Source: Verrucomicrobiota bacterium
GTDB taxonomy: Bacteria; Verrucomicrobiota; Verrucomicrobiia; Opitutales; Seribacteraceae
Reading direction: 5' to 3'
Length of the DNA stretch: 64,000 nucleotides
Assembly (NCBI GenBank): GCA_027622665.1
Contig: JAQBYT010000010.1
Span: forward strand, 56,768-120,767
Shown here: one piece after another, positions 21,043 through 30,545 of the stretch
How positions within the stretch are numbered: position 1 is the stretch's first letter
How the letters are laid out: every line of letters begins with the position of its first letter
Position numbers and translations under genes: made by a program
Notes under the pieces: generated by a model
What the model was told of the DNA's origin: nothing
The model's database searches: none
The model's input: only the letters and a program-made list of their open reading frames with translations

Positions 21043-22386
21043 GTGAAAAAGAAATTTAGCCAAAACCCTTCTCGTCGTAATTTTCTTAATGCCATGGGCG
21101 GAACCGCCCTAGCCTTTCCTTTTGTGGTTACGGCCAAAAACACAACAAAGGTTCGGATCGCAGCCGTTGGGTGCGGAGGCAAAGGATGGACGGACTTGAA
21201 TGGAGCAGCCAGACACGCTGAACTCATCGCCTATTGCGACGTAAACGTGGCTGCGAACCGCAAGGGCGGTTATAATTTGGTCAAGGAGAAGTGGCCACAG
21301 GCTAAAGGTTATTCGGATTGGCGGGAAATGTTCGAGAAAGAGGAAAAAAACTTTGATGCGGTGACAGTGAGTACACCTGACCATATGCATGCTCCCGTCA
21401 CAATGAACGCTCTTCAATTGGGCAAAGGGACTTACACCCAAAAGCCAATGACTCGCACCATTCAGGAAGCCCGAGCGATTACCGAAGCAGCGGCTAAGGC
21501 GGGTGTACCGACTCAGATGGGTAACCAACATCACAGCGGGCTCGGTTACCGCACGCTATTCGAAATGGTGCGCGGAGGGGCAATCGGCAAGGTTGTCTCG
21601 GCTCACGCATGGTCCAACAGGCCGGTCTGGCCGCAAGGCATTGATCGACCGTCCGGTTCGGATCCAATTCCGGCAGGTTTCGATTGGGACAAATGGCTTG
21701 GAGTTGCCCCGGAACGCCCCTTCAAGCTAGACACCTATCACCCCTTCAAGTGGCGCGGTTGGTTCGACTTCGGAGCAGGAGCCTTGGGCGACATGGGTTG
21801 TCACATCATCGACCCCGTGGTCTGGATACTGGGACTGGGTCCTGCAAAATCCGTTGCCTACGAAGGACCATCGCCCAAACCCGAAACTTTCCCGACCGCC
21901 GAAGTTCTCACATACCGTTTCGCAGGCACAGAGTTCACTTCCGGCGACGAGCTAATCATGAAATGGTATGACGGCGGCCAACGCCCGACCAAGAAAGGCA
22001 CGCACTTGCCCATGGACGCCGAAGTACCTAGCCAAGGAGCAATGTTCATAGGAGAAGAAGGGACTGCTCTTTGCCCGCATGGCGGGATGCCTCGACTGTG
22101 GCCGACGGAAAAGTTTTCTAAGCTTGCGCGGCCCAAGGTAGAACGACTCGATCACTACAAAGTCTGGTTGGATGCCTTCCGAACGGGAGAAAACCCAAAC
22201 AGCTATTTCGGATACGCAGGTCCACTGACCGAAACCGTTTTAATGGGAGTAGTTGCCGCACGCATCGGAAGCAAAAAGAAGCTCATCTGGGACGCAAAAA
22301 AACTACGTTTCACGAACTCGGAACAAGCCAACTCGTTCGTTCGTCCAAAATACCGTAATGGCTGGGAAATCGAAGGACTAGGCTAA
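21043..22386 (+). CDS. Gfo/Idh/MocA family oxidoreductase, Tat-exported
   Basis: SRRNFL Tat motif, VGCGGKG Rossmann motif, STPDHMH, QKP, QMGNQ and GALGDMGCH. Confidence 0.93.
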   Translation: MKKKFSQNPSRRNFLNAMGGTALAFPFVVTAKNTTKVRIAAVGCGGKGWTDLNGAARHAELIAYCDVNVAANRKGGYNLVKEKWPQAKGYSDWREMFEKEEKNFDAVTVSTPDHMHAPVTMNALQLGKGTYTQKPMTRTIQEARAITEAAAKAGVPTQMGNQHHSGLGYRTLFEMVRGGAIGKVVSAHAWSNRPVWPQGIDRPSGSDPIPAGFDWDKWLGVAPERPFKLDTYHPFKWRGWFDFGAGALGDMGCHIIDPVVWILGLGPAKSVAYEGPSPKPETFPTAEVLTYRFAGTEFTSGDELIMKWYDGGQRPTKKGTHLPMDAEVPSQGAMFIGEEGTALCPHGGMPRLWPTEKFSKLARPKVERLDHYKVWLDAFRTGENPNSYFGYAGPLTETVLMGVVAARIGSKKKLIWDAKKLRFTNSEQANSFVRPKYRNGWEIEGLG

Positions 22387-22393
22387 GAGCAAA

Positions 22394-25270
22394 CTATTCG
22401 GCAGGACCGTACCTAACTTCGCGGTCGGCTAGCTTGACGGGTTGCTCGGAGGGCAAATCCTCACGGATCAGCTCCAAGCCACTCAGTAATGCAGCACCTT
22501 CGATCGCTCGAAACTTGATCAAAATAGAATCATCTATTGAAATGCCCCCGAAAGACTCGACCGTGGACCGCATGGCACCTCCGGCGGCTTTGACAACGTC
22601 GTACTTCGACAATAGTTTTTTGCCTTGGACGAGAACGTCAAACATACGCTCTCCGGACTGAAGAGGATCCGGTTCGAGAAAGGTTAGACGCAAAAGATAT
22701 TTCCCTTTTGAAAATCCCTGGATTCTTACGGACTCTATCCCCTCGGACAAAGAAGCTGCCACCCAAGGCCATCCCCGTCCGCCTTCAACCCGAAGTGAGT
22801 GATGATAGCGGTAGATCGCGCCTTCCGGTAAAACCTTTATCGGAAGAATTGGGGAAGGCCCGCCCACGCTCGGAGAGTCAATCCAAAGTGTTCCGCTTTC
22901 AGTAGCTCTGTCACCTGGCGCCCCGAAGTTGAGACCTAATCGCCTCAGTTTCCCATTGAGACGCTCGGGAGGAACTTCACCCCAGGAAGTCCATTGCTCA
23001 TGCGTCTGGGGCATGGAGACCATGGCCATGGCCATAGGAAGAGGATAGCTGCAAGTGCATCCCTCGTAATAGTAAGGAACACTTAACACGCCATTCGCAG
23101 GGATGATGCTGTTGGTGCAACCGGAGCGGGGTCCGCTCAGGTTGATTGTGCCGCTTTCGATTCGCTTGTCGTAGTAAGACGCAGTAGCGGAACGCATTGT
23201 ATAGAGATATCCATAGTCGACGCCGCCGTCGCAACCGTAACTCTTTGGAAATACGCGAGGTTCTCGCTCTCCCGTCAGAGGGTTGAAGCGTTCACCGGCT
23301 CGAGGCTGTTCGGGTTTCCACGCATTTGCCTGATGCGGTGGCCTATACTGACTGGGTTGAAGGTTTTCAAGATCGACCTTGCCGTGCCGCTTGCGCACTT
23401 CGATTTCCTCGTTCGATCCCATGACTCGTCCGGTAAAAACGTCGGACAAAACCGCCGGCAGTAAACGATAATCAGAATTACGAGTACGCTCATTCTGGTT
23501 CTCCATCCAATTTTTCGGAGTAGAAACCATCACCCCATCAACGAACTTTGGCTGAGGCGAACGCTTAAAATGCCCCAATTCATCCCCGAACCACAATACC
23601 CCAAGCGGAAAACGCACATTCTCGTCAGAACTTTTTTCCCATTTCCCAAGGTAATTGGTAGCCCCGGGCAAAGCACCCTCTTTTTGGAGTAAAGTGAAAC
23701 CATTATGCTCACTTAGTCGAGCGGCCGGAAACTCACTAAGTTTAAAGACAGTTCGGAATGCGTTCCTGAACTTCCGTGAACCCACGATACAAAGAGAACC
23801 GCCATAAGGTCGCAATGTAGAGTAAACCTTAGACCAGAGTTCCTTGTTCCATTTTATGTCGGCTGATTCGTCCGCCAACACCAAGCCTGCAAAATAGCGA
23901 GGAAAACCCAAAGCCAGTGGATTGCCCCCGAACAAGCCCACCCTGTCTGCCGTTACGCCGGCAACATTGATTTGCTCGCGCAGTCGTTGCATATCCCCTA
24001 CCCTGCCTACCCCTACCAGCCGTGCGGAAGAATTCTCGACAAGGCCCATCCATTTTTCAGTCATGCCGAGAATTAGCCCATAACCCTGGCGAAACTCAGT
24101 CGCGTCTAGGATTGCGGCAACAAGGGAATCTTGCACGCCCGATGGCTTGCCCTTCGGGTCGAACTGGTAAACTCGGGGGGTAACCTTTGCGGCGGAGAGG
24201 CAATGTATTTCACCACCCAAAGTGATTACGTAAAGCCGACCGTTCGCGGTCAGCATCTCGTAAATTTCACCTGATACGCCTTCGACTCCATCTGAAAAGC
24301 TAATCGTTCGATCACCGGCGTAAATCGTAGATCGCACTCCTGGTTGACCGCTCTCGTTCACCCTATCCTCATGGCGTCGCTTGTTGACGTCGCTGTCGAA
24401 GAGCAAACCTCTACGTTGCAAACGCTGCTTTTCTTTTTCCGATGCAGTCGAGGCAAACCAGCCTCCCGGCAAACGTCCCTGGGACGGTAATTCAAACTCT
24501 TTCAGCTTGCCGGTGGCGGCATTGAAACGAGCGGGGAAAGCAACGCTGCTAGGCACAATCAGGTCGTCGCCATCCAGCAAGAGGTATCCTTGGGGGGCAA
24601 GACCACCGGTTGCTTGAGCGTTGTGGGGCTGGGTGCCGTACATGAATCCGCAACGGTCGTTAAGCCAGATTAATTTCCCTGTCTTGGCATCGAGACAGTA
24701 GACGTAAACGCCCTCCATGGGCCACACACCGGCGGCGAACCATACCTTGCCCTCCTTGGCCACAGGGCCTCCACGAACGGGCCAAAGCGAGATCATGCGA
24801 CCATTGCCCAGCACCTTCCTGGTCGAGGGGACACCACGGAACTTCCAAAGCAGTTTTCCCGTATCCGTTTGGATGCAGTAGAGAAATCCATCGTCGGATC
24901 CCACGAACACGCGGTCATCCATAGCGGTGGGAGCGAAACGAATGGGACCCTCCGTCAGAAAGCGCCAAGCTTGTTCGCCGGTTGCGGCGTCATAGGCGGT
25001 GACCGAATCCGTCCAAGACGAACCGATGATCAATTTCCCGTTGGTCACGATAGGTTCGTATCCTTTGTCGAACTGAAGACGCGAATCCTTGTAGGCGGGC
25101 ACTAGCGGAGGAAGTTTCAAGGTCCATTGCAGATGCAGGCTGACCGGCAGAGCCTCTAAAGTGGCTCCGGTTCTGCCTGCGTCATGTCGCCATGTCGGCC
25201 AATCCTCAGCCTGAACGCCAATGAAAGCGAATAGAAGAAAGGTGAGGGTCTGTCTCAAACGGACTTTCAT
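22394..25270 (-). CDS. PQQ-like beta-propeller protein with central methyltransferase-like region and C-terminal malectin-like domain
   Basis: DWPTWRHDAGRTG start, repeated GxxxW propeller motifs, GLAPQG, LRPYGG and PLGVLWFG. Cys cluster YGC...RSGC...GCTCSYP. C-terminal LTFLEP...GERMFDVLVQG...DVVKAAGG...ALLSGLEL is malectin-like. Confidence 0.82.
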   Translation of the reverse strand: MKVRLRQTLTFLLFAFIGVQAEDWPTWRHDAGRTGATLEALPVSLHLQWTLKLPPLVPAYKDSRLQFDKGYEPIVTNGKLIIGSSWTDSVTAYDAATGEQAWRFLTEGPIRFAPTAMDDRVFVGSDDGFLYCIQTDTGKLLWKFRGVPSTRKVLGNGRMISLWPVRGGPVAKEGKVWFAAGVWPMEGVYVYCLDAKTGKLIWLNDRCGFMYGTQPHNAQATGGLAPQGYLLLDGDDLIVPSSVAFPARFNAATGKLKEFELPSQGRLPGGWFASTASEKEKQRLQRRGLLFDSDVNKRRHEDRVNESGQPGVRSTIYAGDRTISFSDGVEGVSGEIYEMLTANGRLYVITLGGEIHCLSAAKVTPRVYQFDPKGKPSGVQDSLVAAILDATEFRQGYGLILGMTEKWMGLVENSSARLVGVGRVGDMQRLREQINVAGVTADRVGLFGGNPLALGFPRYFAGLVLADESADIKWNKELWSKVYSTLRPYGGSLCIVGSRKFRNAFRTVFKLSEFPAARLSEHNGFTLLQKEGALPGATNYLGKWEKSSDENVRFPLGVLWFGDELGHFKRSPQPKFVDGVMVSTPKNWMENQNERTRNSDYRLLPAVLSDVFTGRVMGSNEEIEVRKRHGKVDLENLQPSQYRPPHQANAWKPEQPRAGERFNPLTGEREPRVFPKSYGCDGGVDYGYLYTMRSATASYYDKRIESGTINLSGPRSGCTNSIIPANGVLSVPYYYEGCTCSYPLPMAMAMVSMPQTHEQWTSWGEVPPERLNGKLRRLGLNFGAPGDRATESGTLWIDSPSVGGPSPILPIKVLPEGAIYRYHHSLRVEGGRGWPWVAASLSEGIESVRIQGFSKGKYLLRLTFLEPDPLQSGERMFDVLVQGKKLLSKYDVVKAAGGAMRSTVESFGGISIDDSILIKFRAIEGAALLSGLELIREDLPSEQPVKLADREVRYGPAE

Positions 25271-25375
25271 ATTCAATTCAGACACCCAAAACCTCTAGAG
25301 GAATGGATACAAGAAGGAAACGCTTCTGCCGTTAACAACTACGGACAGGACACTAGGCCTTGTCGGGAAACTGGT

Positions 25376-28300
25376 TCAGCGAGGGTGTTGTTTCAGCAAG
25401 TCAATCGGGTGGTAGAAACCGATGTGACCCTTCACTGCCTCACGGACTCGAGCCACTTGACCGGACTGAATCGGGGAGGCGTTGTTACCGAATGAATTGC
25501 GAACATAGGTGAGCACGGCGGCAAGCTCATCGTCTTTCAGTAGGAATTCAAAAGGCGTCATGGGTACTTGCCCGGGATAGGTTTTACCTTTGACCTCAAT
25601 CGGCCCCATCAAGCCTTTGAGTGTCAGTTTGATCAAGAGATCGGGATCTCCCGCTGACCAGCGTGTACCGGCTAATGGAGGAAAGCCGGAATCGGGCAAA
25701 CCTTTGCCATTTGCCTGATGGCAGGTTACGCAATGGCCCTCGCGGTTGTAGACCTCCGCTCCCTTAACGAATAGTCCGGCATCCTTTTTTGAGAGGTGCT
25801 TGGGAGGAGAAACCTTATAATCATCAGCTCCAGGCAGAACGGGAGCATTTTCGAGGACACCCTTGGCAAAATCGAGAGTTTGTTTATAACCCTTGTCGAT
25901 GCCTTTGGCTTCGGCTGCCACAAGTATTTCCATGCCGGCTTTTTTATTAAGGAAAGATGCCGCCACGATGGCCTCCATACGGACACGTCCATGCGAATCG
26001 TTGGCTGCCTCAAGGAGCAATGCTTTGCGATTGGCCACTTTGTTCAAGTTGAAGCGCAACACTCGTGCAGCGGCGGAGCGTATGCGATGATCTTTCGACT
26101 TGAGCAGTTGCTTGAGCAAAACGAAGTCGGTTTGATTAGCTCCCCAAGTAACCCATAAGGCTTCGAGTTTGAGACGTTCGTCCGCATCATCGGGGAGATT
26201 TTCGACCCATGAATGAGTGGCCTTGACCACTTCGGTTGCGTTTCGCCCACGTAATTCGCGTCGCGTGCGATAGCGAGAACGATACTCATGCAACTTGAGA
26301 TTTTCGAGGAGTGCGGGGACGGTGGCTCCCGCTATATTGGCGGGTTTAACCAAGGGGCGGGAGGGGTAGGACACGCGATAGATACGGCCATGTTGGTGGT
26401 CGCGATTGGGATCGCGGGCATTATGTTGCATATGCCCGATCAAGGCATTTTGCCAATCCACCACATAGAGGGAACCGTCCGGGGCGAACTCAAGGTCGGT
26501 GGGTCGAAAGTTGAAGTCTTGGGACACAAGGAGGTCATGTCGATACTCGGTTGTGAAACCGGGATCTTTATCGATTATCTTGTGCTGCTTGGTACCGAGG
26601 AAGCCAATGTTATTGTTGATCAATACATCTCCTTGGACCTCGTCAGGAAAATGGCGACTCGACACGAACTCGACACCGGAAGTCGGCCGAACATTATTCG
26701 AGGTAAGCAGGTTGGGAGCCTTGAGGTTAGCCCCATAGCGAGCTTTTACGCTACCCGGCAGCATCCACGACAAACTGGTGCCCGAGGTGTGCAGGAAAAC
26801 ATCCTGACCATAATCGTCGAACGCCACGCCCCATGGGTTCGGTATGTTGAACTGGGAGTAGCGAATGACAGTCCTGCGTTGCGGGCTGTAGCGAAAAAAT
26901 CCACCGTTCGATCCTCGTTGAGGACCAAACACGGACTCCACGTTGCTGTGGAGGAAGACGCCCTCGCACATGATGAATGCTCCCGACGGGTCGGCGCAAA
27001 AAGCTGAAATGGCGTGGTGTGTGTCGTGGTCGTCGAATCCGGAGAGCATGACTTCTCGTTCGTCGTAGCGGTCGTCTCCGTCCGTGTCTCGCAGTCTGAT
27101 CAGACTGCCGCTTTGTGAGACGTAGACACCATCGTGTGAAATCTCGAAACCGATTGGGATGTGGAGGTCGTCCGCGAAATTGATTTGCTTATCGGCCTTG
27201 CCGTCGTTGTCGGTGTCCTCGAAAATTATCAGCTTGTCGCGAGGTCGAGCCTCGCCGATTCGGTAATGAGGATAACTGGCCATCGTGGAGACCCAGAGGC
27301 GTCCTTTGTTGTCGAAGGCCATTTGCACCGGATTGGCCAAGTCGGGAAAGCGTGATTCATCGGCGAACAATTCGATCTTGTAGCCTTTCGCGACCTCGAT
27401 CTTCTTCTGTGCGATCTTGCCGGGCGTATAATCCAAGGGGCCGTTCTTACTGTTCTTGTTTTTCGGCAAATAATTAGTCTCGACCAGAGGCAGTTTGGAG
27501 GTCTTGGCATCCTCCTCGGCCAAGTCCAATTTCTCCCCGTTCGAGATCGCCCATATTGCGCGGTCTCGGATTTCAGTATACTCTCGGGTTTTCTTTAGTT
27601 CGAAAGGGTAATTCTTCGGACCAAACGGGTTGTATCGGCGACCGTAGACGTGCACACCATTGGGGACCTTATAGTCGTTCAGCCAGTAGTAATTCTTGTC
27701 CATGACGGCCTTGTGGACCGCAGGGCGCAACTCCGACAAAGGATTCTCCGCCTGAAAAAGGGAATCGGCTAGAAGCTGAGCTAGCTTACGGTATCCCGAG
27801 TCGTTCAGCAAGGCGCCGTCCACGGTGTGGGCTTGTCCATCGGCATACCACTGGGCGGATGGACTGAATGCGTCGACGAACAGGATGCCGTTCCTCTTGG
27901 CCACCTCGCGCATACCCTCGACGTACAAGATGAGATTGGCGTTTTGCACGGCGCCGTTGGTGATGCCCTTCATGGGTTGAATCGCCGTGGGGGAGATTAG
28001 GGCCAAACCGGGAGCTCCCTTTCCATTGTATTTCTGGGCCAAGGTATGCTTGATGAACGCATCGAGCTCCTTCTTGAATCGACCCAGTTCCTTTTGGCCG
28101 TCGAAGGAAGAATTGAACCCGAAGAAGGCGAGTACCATATCGGTCTTCAATCGGGTGAGCCACTGGTCTGGAGTTTCAAAATGACCTCTTGGGCCCGTGG
28201 TTGCCTGATGTTTCGGGCTGATCAATTCCTTGGCATTAGGGAAAGCGTATTGGCCATGTTGTTCGCGTCCGGGATGCGGGCGAAAACCCGGGGTATTCCC

Positions 28301-28540
28301 TTCGTCGCACAAGTTCCGCACGGTCAATTCCTTCAAAGGGAAGCGAAGGTGCAGTTCGGTCTCAAAATGGCCGTAATGGATCATTCTCGACCCCATGCCC
28401 GCACCGACGAGCGAAATCCGATCGCCTTTCTCCAAGGGCAAGTCTGCGGCGGCATTCAGCAGGTGGCCAAATAAACCGAAAACCAAGAGCAAGGCGTGGC
28501 AGGTTGGGCGATAGGCGAAGGCAAAGTGTCTGTTGATCAT
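25376..28540 (-). CDS. SGNH-like + PVC-type beta-propeller + HEAT + cytochrome c protein
   Basis: GDRISLVG/VRNL SGNH-like N-terminus, LANPVQMAFDNKGRLWV, EDTDNDGKAD, DTHH, NPWG, IGHMQH, HEAT repeats and CVTCH. Start likely ATG 28540 (ORF track 28630). Confidence 0.88.
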   Translation of the reverse strand: MINRHFAFAYRPTCHALLLVFGLFGHLLNAAADLPLEKGDRISLVGAGMGSRMIHYGHFETELHLRFPLKELTVRNLCDEGNTPGFRPHPGREQHGQYAFPNAKELISPKHQATTGPRGHFETPDQWLTRLKTDMVLAFFGFNSSFDGQKELGRFKKELDAFIKHTLAQKYNGKGAPGLALISPTAIQPMKGITNGAVQNANLILYVEGMREVAKRNGILFVDAFSPSAQWYADGQAHTVDGALLNDSGYRKLAQLLADSLFQAENPLSELRPAVHKAVMDKNYYWLNDYKVPNGVHVYGRRYNPFGPKNYPFELKKTREYTEIRDRAIWAISNGEKLDLAEEDAKTSKLPLVETNYLPKNKNSKNGPLDYTPGKIAQKKIEVAKGYKIELFADESRFPDLANPVQMAFDNKGRLWVSTMASYPHYRIGEARPRDKLIIFEDTDNDGKADKQINFADDLHIPIGFEISHDGVYVSQSGSLIRLRDTDGDDRYDEREVMLSGFDDHDTHHAISAFCADPSGAFIMCEGVFLHSNVESVFGPQRGSNGGFFRYSPQRRTVIRYSQFNIPNPWGVAFDDYGQDVFLHTSGTSLSWMLPGSVKARYGANLKAPNLLTSNNVRPTSGVEFVSSRHFPDEVQGDVLINNNIGFLGTKQHKIIDKDPGFTTEYRHDLLVSQDFNFRPTDLEFAPDGSLYVVDWQNALIGHMQHNARDPNRDHQHGRIYRVSYPSRPLVKPANIAGATVPALLENLKLHEYRSRYRTRRELRGRNATEVVKATHSWVENLPDDADERLKLEALWVTWGANQTDFVLLKQLLKSKDHRIRSAAARVLRFNLNKVANRKALLLEAANDSHGRVRMEAIVAASFLNKKAGMEILVAAEAKGIDKGYKQTLDFAKGVLENAPVLPGADDYKVSPPKHLSKKDAGLFVKGAEVYNREGHCVTCHQANGKGLPDSGFPPLAGTRWSAGDPDLLIKLTLKGLMGPIEVKGKTYPGQVPMTPFEFLLKDDELAAVLTYVRNSFGNNASPIQSGQVARVREAVKGHIGFYHPIDLLKQHPR

Positions 28541-28622
28541 ATCTAAGATGGAAAGGAGAAAGGAAGGAAGCAACATAAGGATTTGCGGAGAGCGAATCAA
28601 TCCGTAAGCGGAAAGAAGGTTT

Positions 28623-29085
28623 TCAGGCAAGAACGGCTTTCACGACGTGGTCACGCACGTCGGCAAGCCGAAAGTGTCGTCCCTGGTGCTTGACTTCGCC
28701 GAGGCTTGCCACGAGAAGCTCGCCCTTCGACACCGGCATCTCATGAATTGCATCGGAAACGCTCTCGATTCGATCGGTAAATGGAAGAACCCGATCGCCA
28801 ACTTGAATTGTAGTGCAGATTCCAGATCGTCCACTTACGCGTTTCTTCTCCTCGTGGCACCCCTTGTTGATATCACTGTCAAACGGAAGGCGAAGATCCT
28901 TGTAGGCAGGAACAGGCGAAGGCAGCTTAAGAGGTCCATTAAAGAAAGAGCCCTGCAGGAAGTTGCTCATCTGTCGCGGCAGTCCTGTGTCAATCATAAC
29001 GGCACATTGGCCAATCAGTCGAGGCATAGCCAGAAGTTAAAAGTAAAATCCCAATTACGCGAAGCAAGTGTCACAAATTTATTAT
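28623..29085 (-). pseudogene. Chimeric relic: two fragments of a paralogue of the PQQ/malectin gene fused to the last ~22 codons of a DUF1501 gene
   Basis: Reads STDWPMCRYD*HRTAATDEQLPAGLFL*WT, frameshift, LKLPSPVPAYKDLRLPFD|SDINKGCHEE...VGDRVLPFTDRIESVSDAIHEM...SLGEV|KHQGRHFRLADVRDHVVKAVLA*. The pieces align by eye to 22394-25270 and to the DUF1501 C-termini in this window. Confidence 0.85.
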
Positions 29086-29186
29086 CTCTATTGGAGAAGA
29101 AGAATGGTTGTGAACCGACCAATGTTTATGGTCATATGGAAATCTACAATGATTTCACGAATATTGAATAGACCTAACTATTTCGC

Positions 29187-30539
29187 CTAATTCTCAGTAG
29201 GTTTCTCCGATTCATAACCTGGTAAGGCAACAAAGGAATGAATGGCTTTGGCGTCAGGCTGATTCCAGACATGAATTCTTCCATTAAAAGAGGAGGAAGC
29301 CACAAGTTTTTTCAACGAATCAAAGGCAATCGACAAGATCCAATCGTCATGTCCTGTAAATTGGTGCTTTTGACTACCATCCTTAAGGGAGTATTCGTAG
29401 GCAATTCTGTCATTGGAGGTAATGAAAAGTGATTCTCCCTGAGAGATGATCTTGTGTGCTCCCGCACCAAAACGATGGATATCCCTGCTTTTCTTTCCGT
29501 CCTCAATCTTCCAAAGTGCAAGAAGCTTGTCCTCACTTGTGGAGTAGACTTGGTTTCCATCCGGGTGAAAAGCAACTCCGTTTACCGACCCGGAATGTCC
29601 GGAGAAAGTGACGATTCTCTTGCCGCTCTCGAGATCAAAGACTTTTGCTGTCTTGTCGCGACTACCAGAGGCAAGCCTCTTGCCGTCCGAACTCCATGCC
29701 ACAGCATTAACCCAGTCCGAATGGTTTGCGAACGTTTTAAGGATTTCCCATTCCTGATTATGCTTTTCAAAGACACGAACCCGGCCATCAGTCGATGCCG
29801 TGGCCAACCTGAGGCCATCGGGTGCGAAGCGGGCATCCAGGGCAACGTCAGGAGTGCGCGCAAGTACGTCTACTAGTGCGCCAGTGGCTGCATCAAGAAT
29901 CCGAACCTCTCCATAAAGCCCTGGTGCACCACAGGCAACGGCCAACAAACGACCATCGGGAGACAAATCAATCGCATATGCACGCTGTCCGATATTGCCA
30001 ATGCGGCGAAGTAGTTTCCCATCCTCCGGGTTCCAGACGGTGATCTCGTGGTAACCTCCCGCAAAAAGCTCACCCCCGTCAGAACTAAATGCCAAAGCCT
30101 GTATGGAGATTCTTGAGGAATATTTCACAGGCGATTTCGGGTGAACGGGGGGAGGGATTATCGAGGCAAGAGAAGCATCTGGTTCACCATCGAATGTTGA
30201 ACCTTCCTCAATCCAACGCTTGAACAAGGCAATTTGCTCCCCGGAAAGCGGATCTCCCTTCGATGGCATTCGCTCGTCTTTGTCATCCGTGGTCAACCGG
30301 TAATACACCTCGCTTTCATCAAGGTTCCCGGGAGTGAATCCGGGATGGTCACCCGACCCCTTTGAGATGGTCCGGGCAAATGTGTCTACTCGGTATTTCC
30401 CCTTGGCCTTCTTGGGTCCATGGCAGGACTGGCACTTGGTGAGTAATATCGGTGCCAAGTCTTTGCTGAAACTTACTGGTGCAGCATCAACTTGAACGCC
30501 AAGCATGCAGGTTAAAAGAATAGTGAGATATCCAGTCAC
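29187..30539 (-). CDS. Planctomycete cytochrome c (PSCyt1) + WD40-repeat protein
   Basis: FSKDLAPILLTKCQSCHG...RMP...WIEEG, then WD40 repeats (HSDWVNAVAWSSDG..LASGSRDKT; GHSGSVNGVAF; GHDDWILSIAF). Confidence 0.92.
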   Translation of the reverse strand: MTGYLTILLTCMLGVQVDAAPVSFSKDLAPILLTKCQSCHGPKKAKGKYRVDTFARTISKGSGDHPGFTPGNLDESEVYYRLTTDDKDERMPSKGDPLSGEQIALFKRWIEEGSTFDGEPDASLASIIPPPVHPKSPVKYSSRISIQALAFSSDGGELFAGGYHEITVWNPEDGKLLRRIGNIGQRAYAIDLSPDGRLLAVACGAPGLYGEVRILDAATGALVDVLARTPDVALDARFAPDGLRLATASTDGRVRVFEKHNQEWEILKTFANHSDWVNAVAWSSDGKRLASGSRDKTAKVFDLESGKRIVTFSGHSGSVNGVAFHPDGNQVYSTSEDKLLALWKIEDGKKSRDIHRFGAGAHKIISQGESLFITSNDRIAYEYSLKDGSQKHQFTGHDDWILSIAFDSLKKLVASSSFNGRIHVWNQPDAKAIHSFVALPGYESEKPTEN

Positions 30540-30545
30540 TAATGA

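Noticed and set aside
28647..29171. 174-aa plus-strand ORF
   Set aside because: It is antisense to the chimeric pseudogene and has no motif support.
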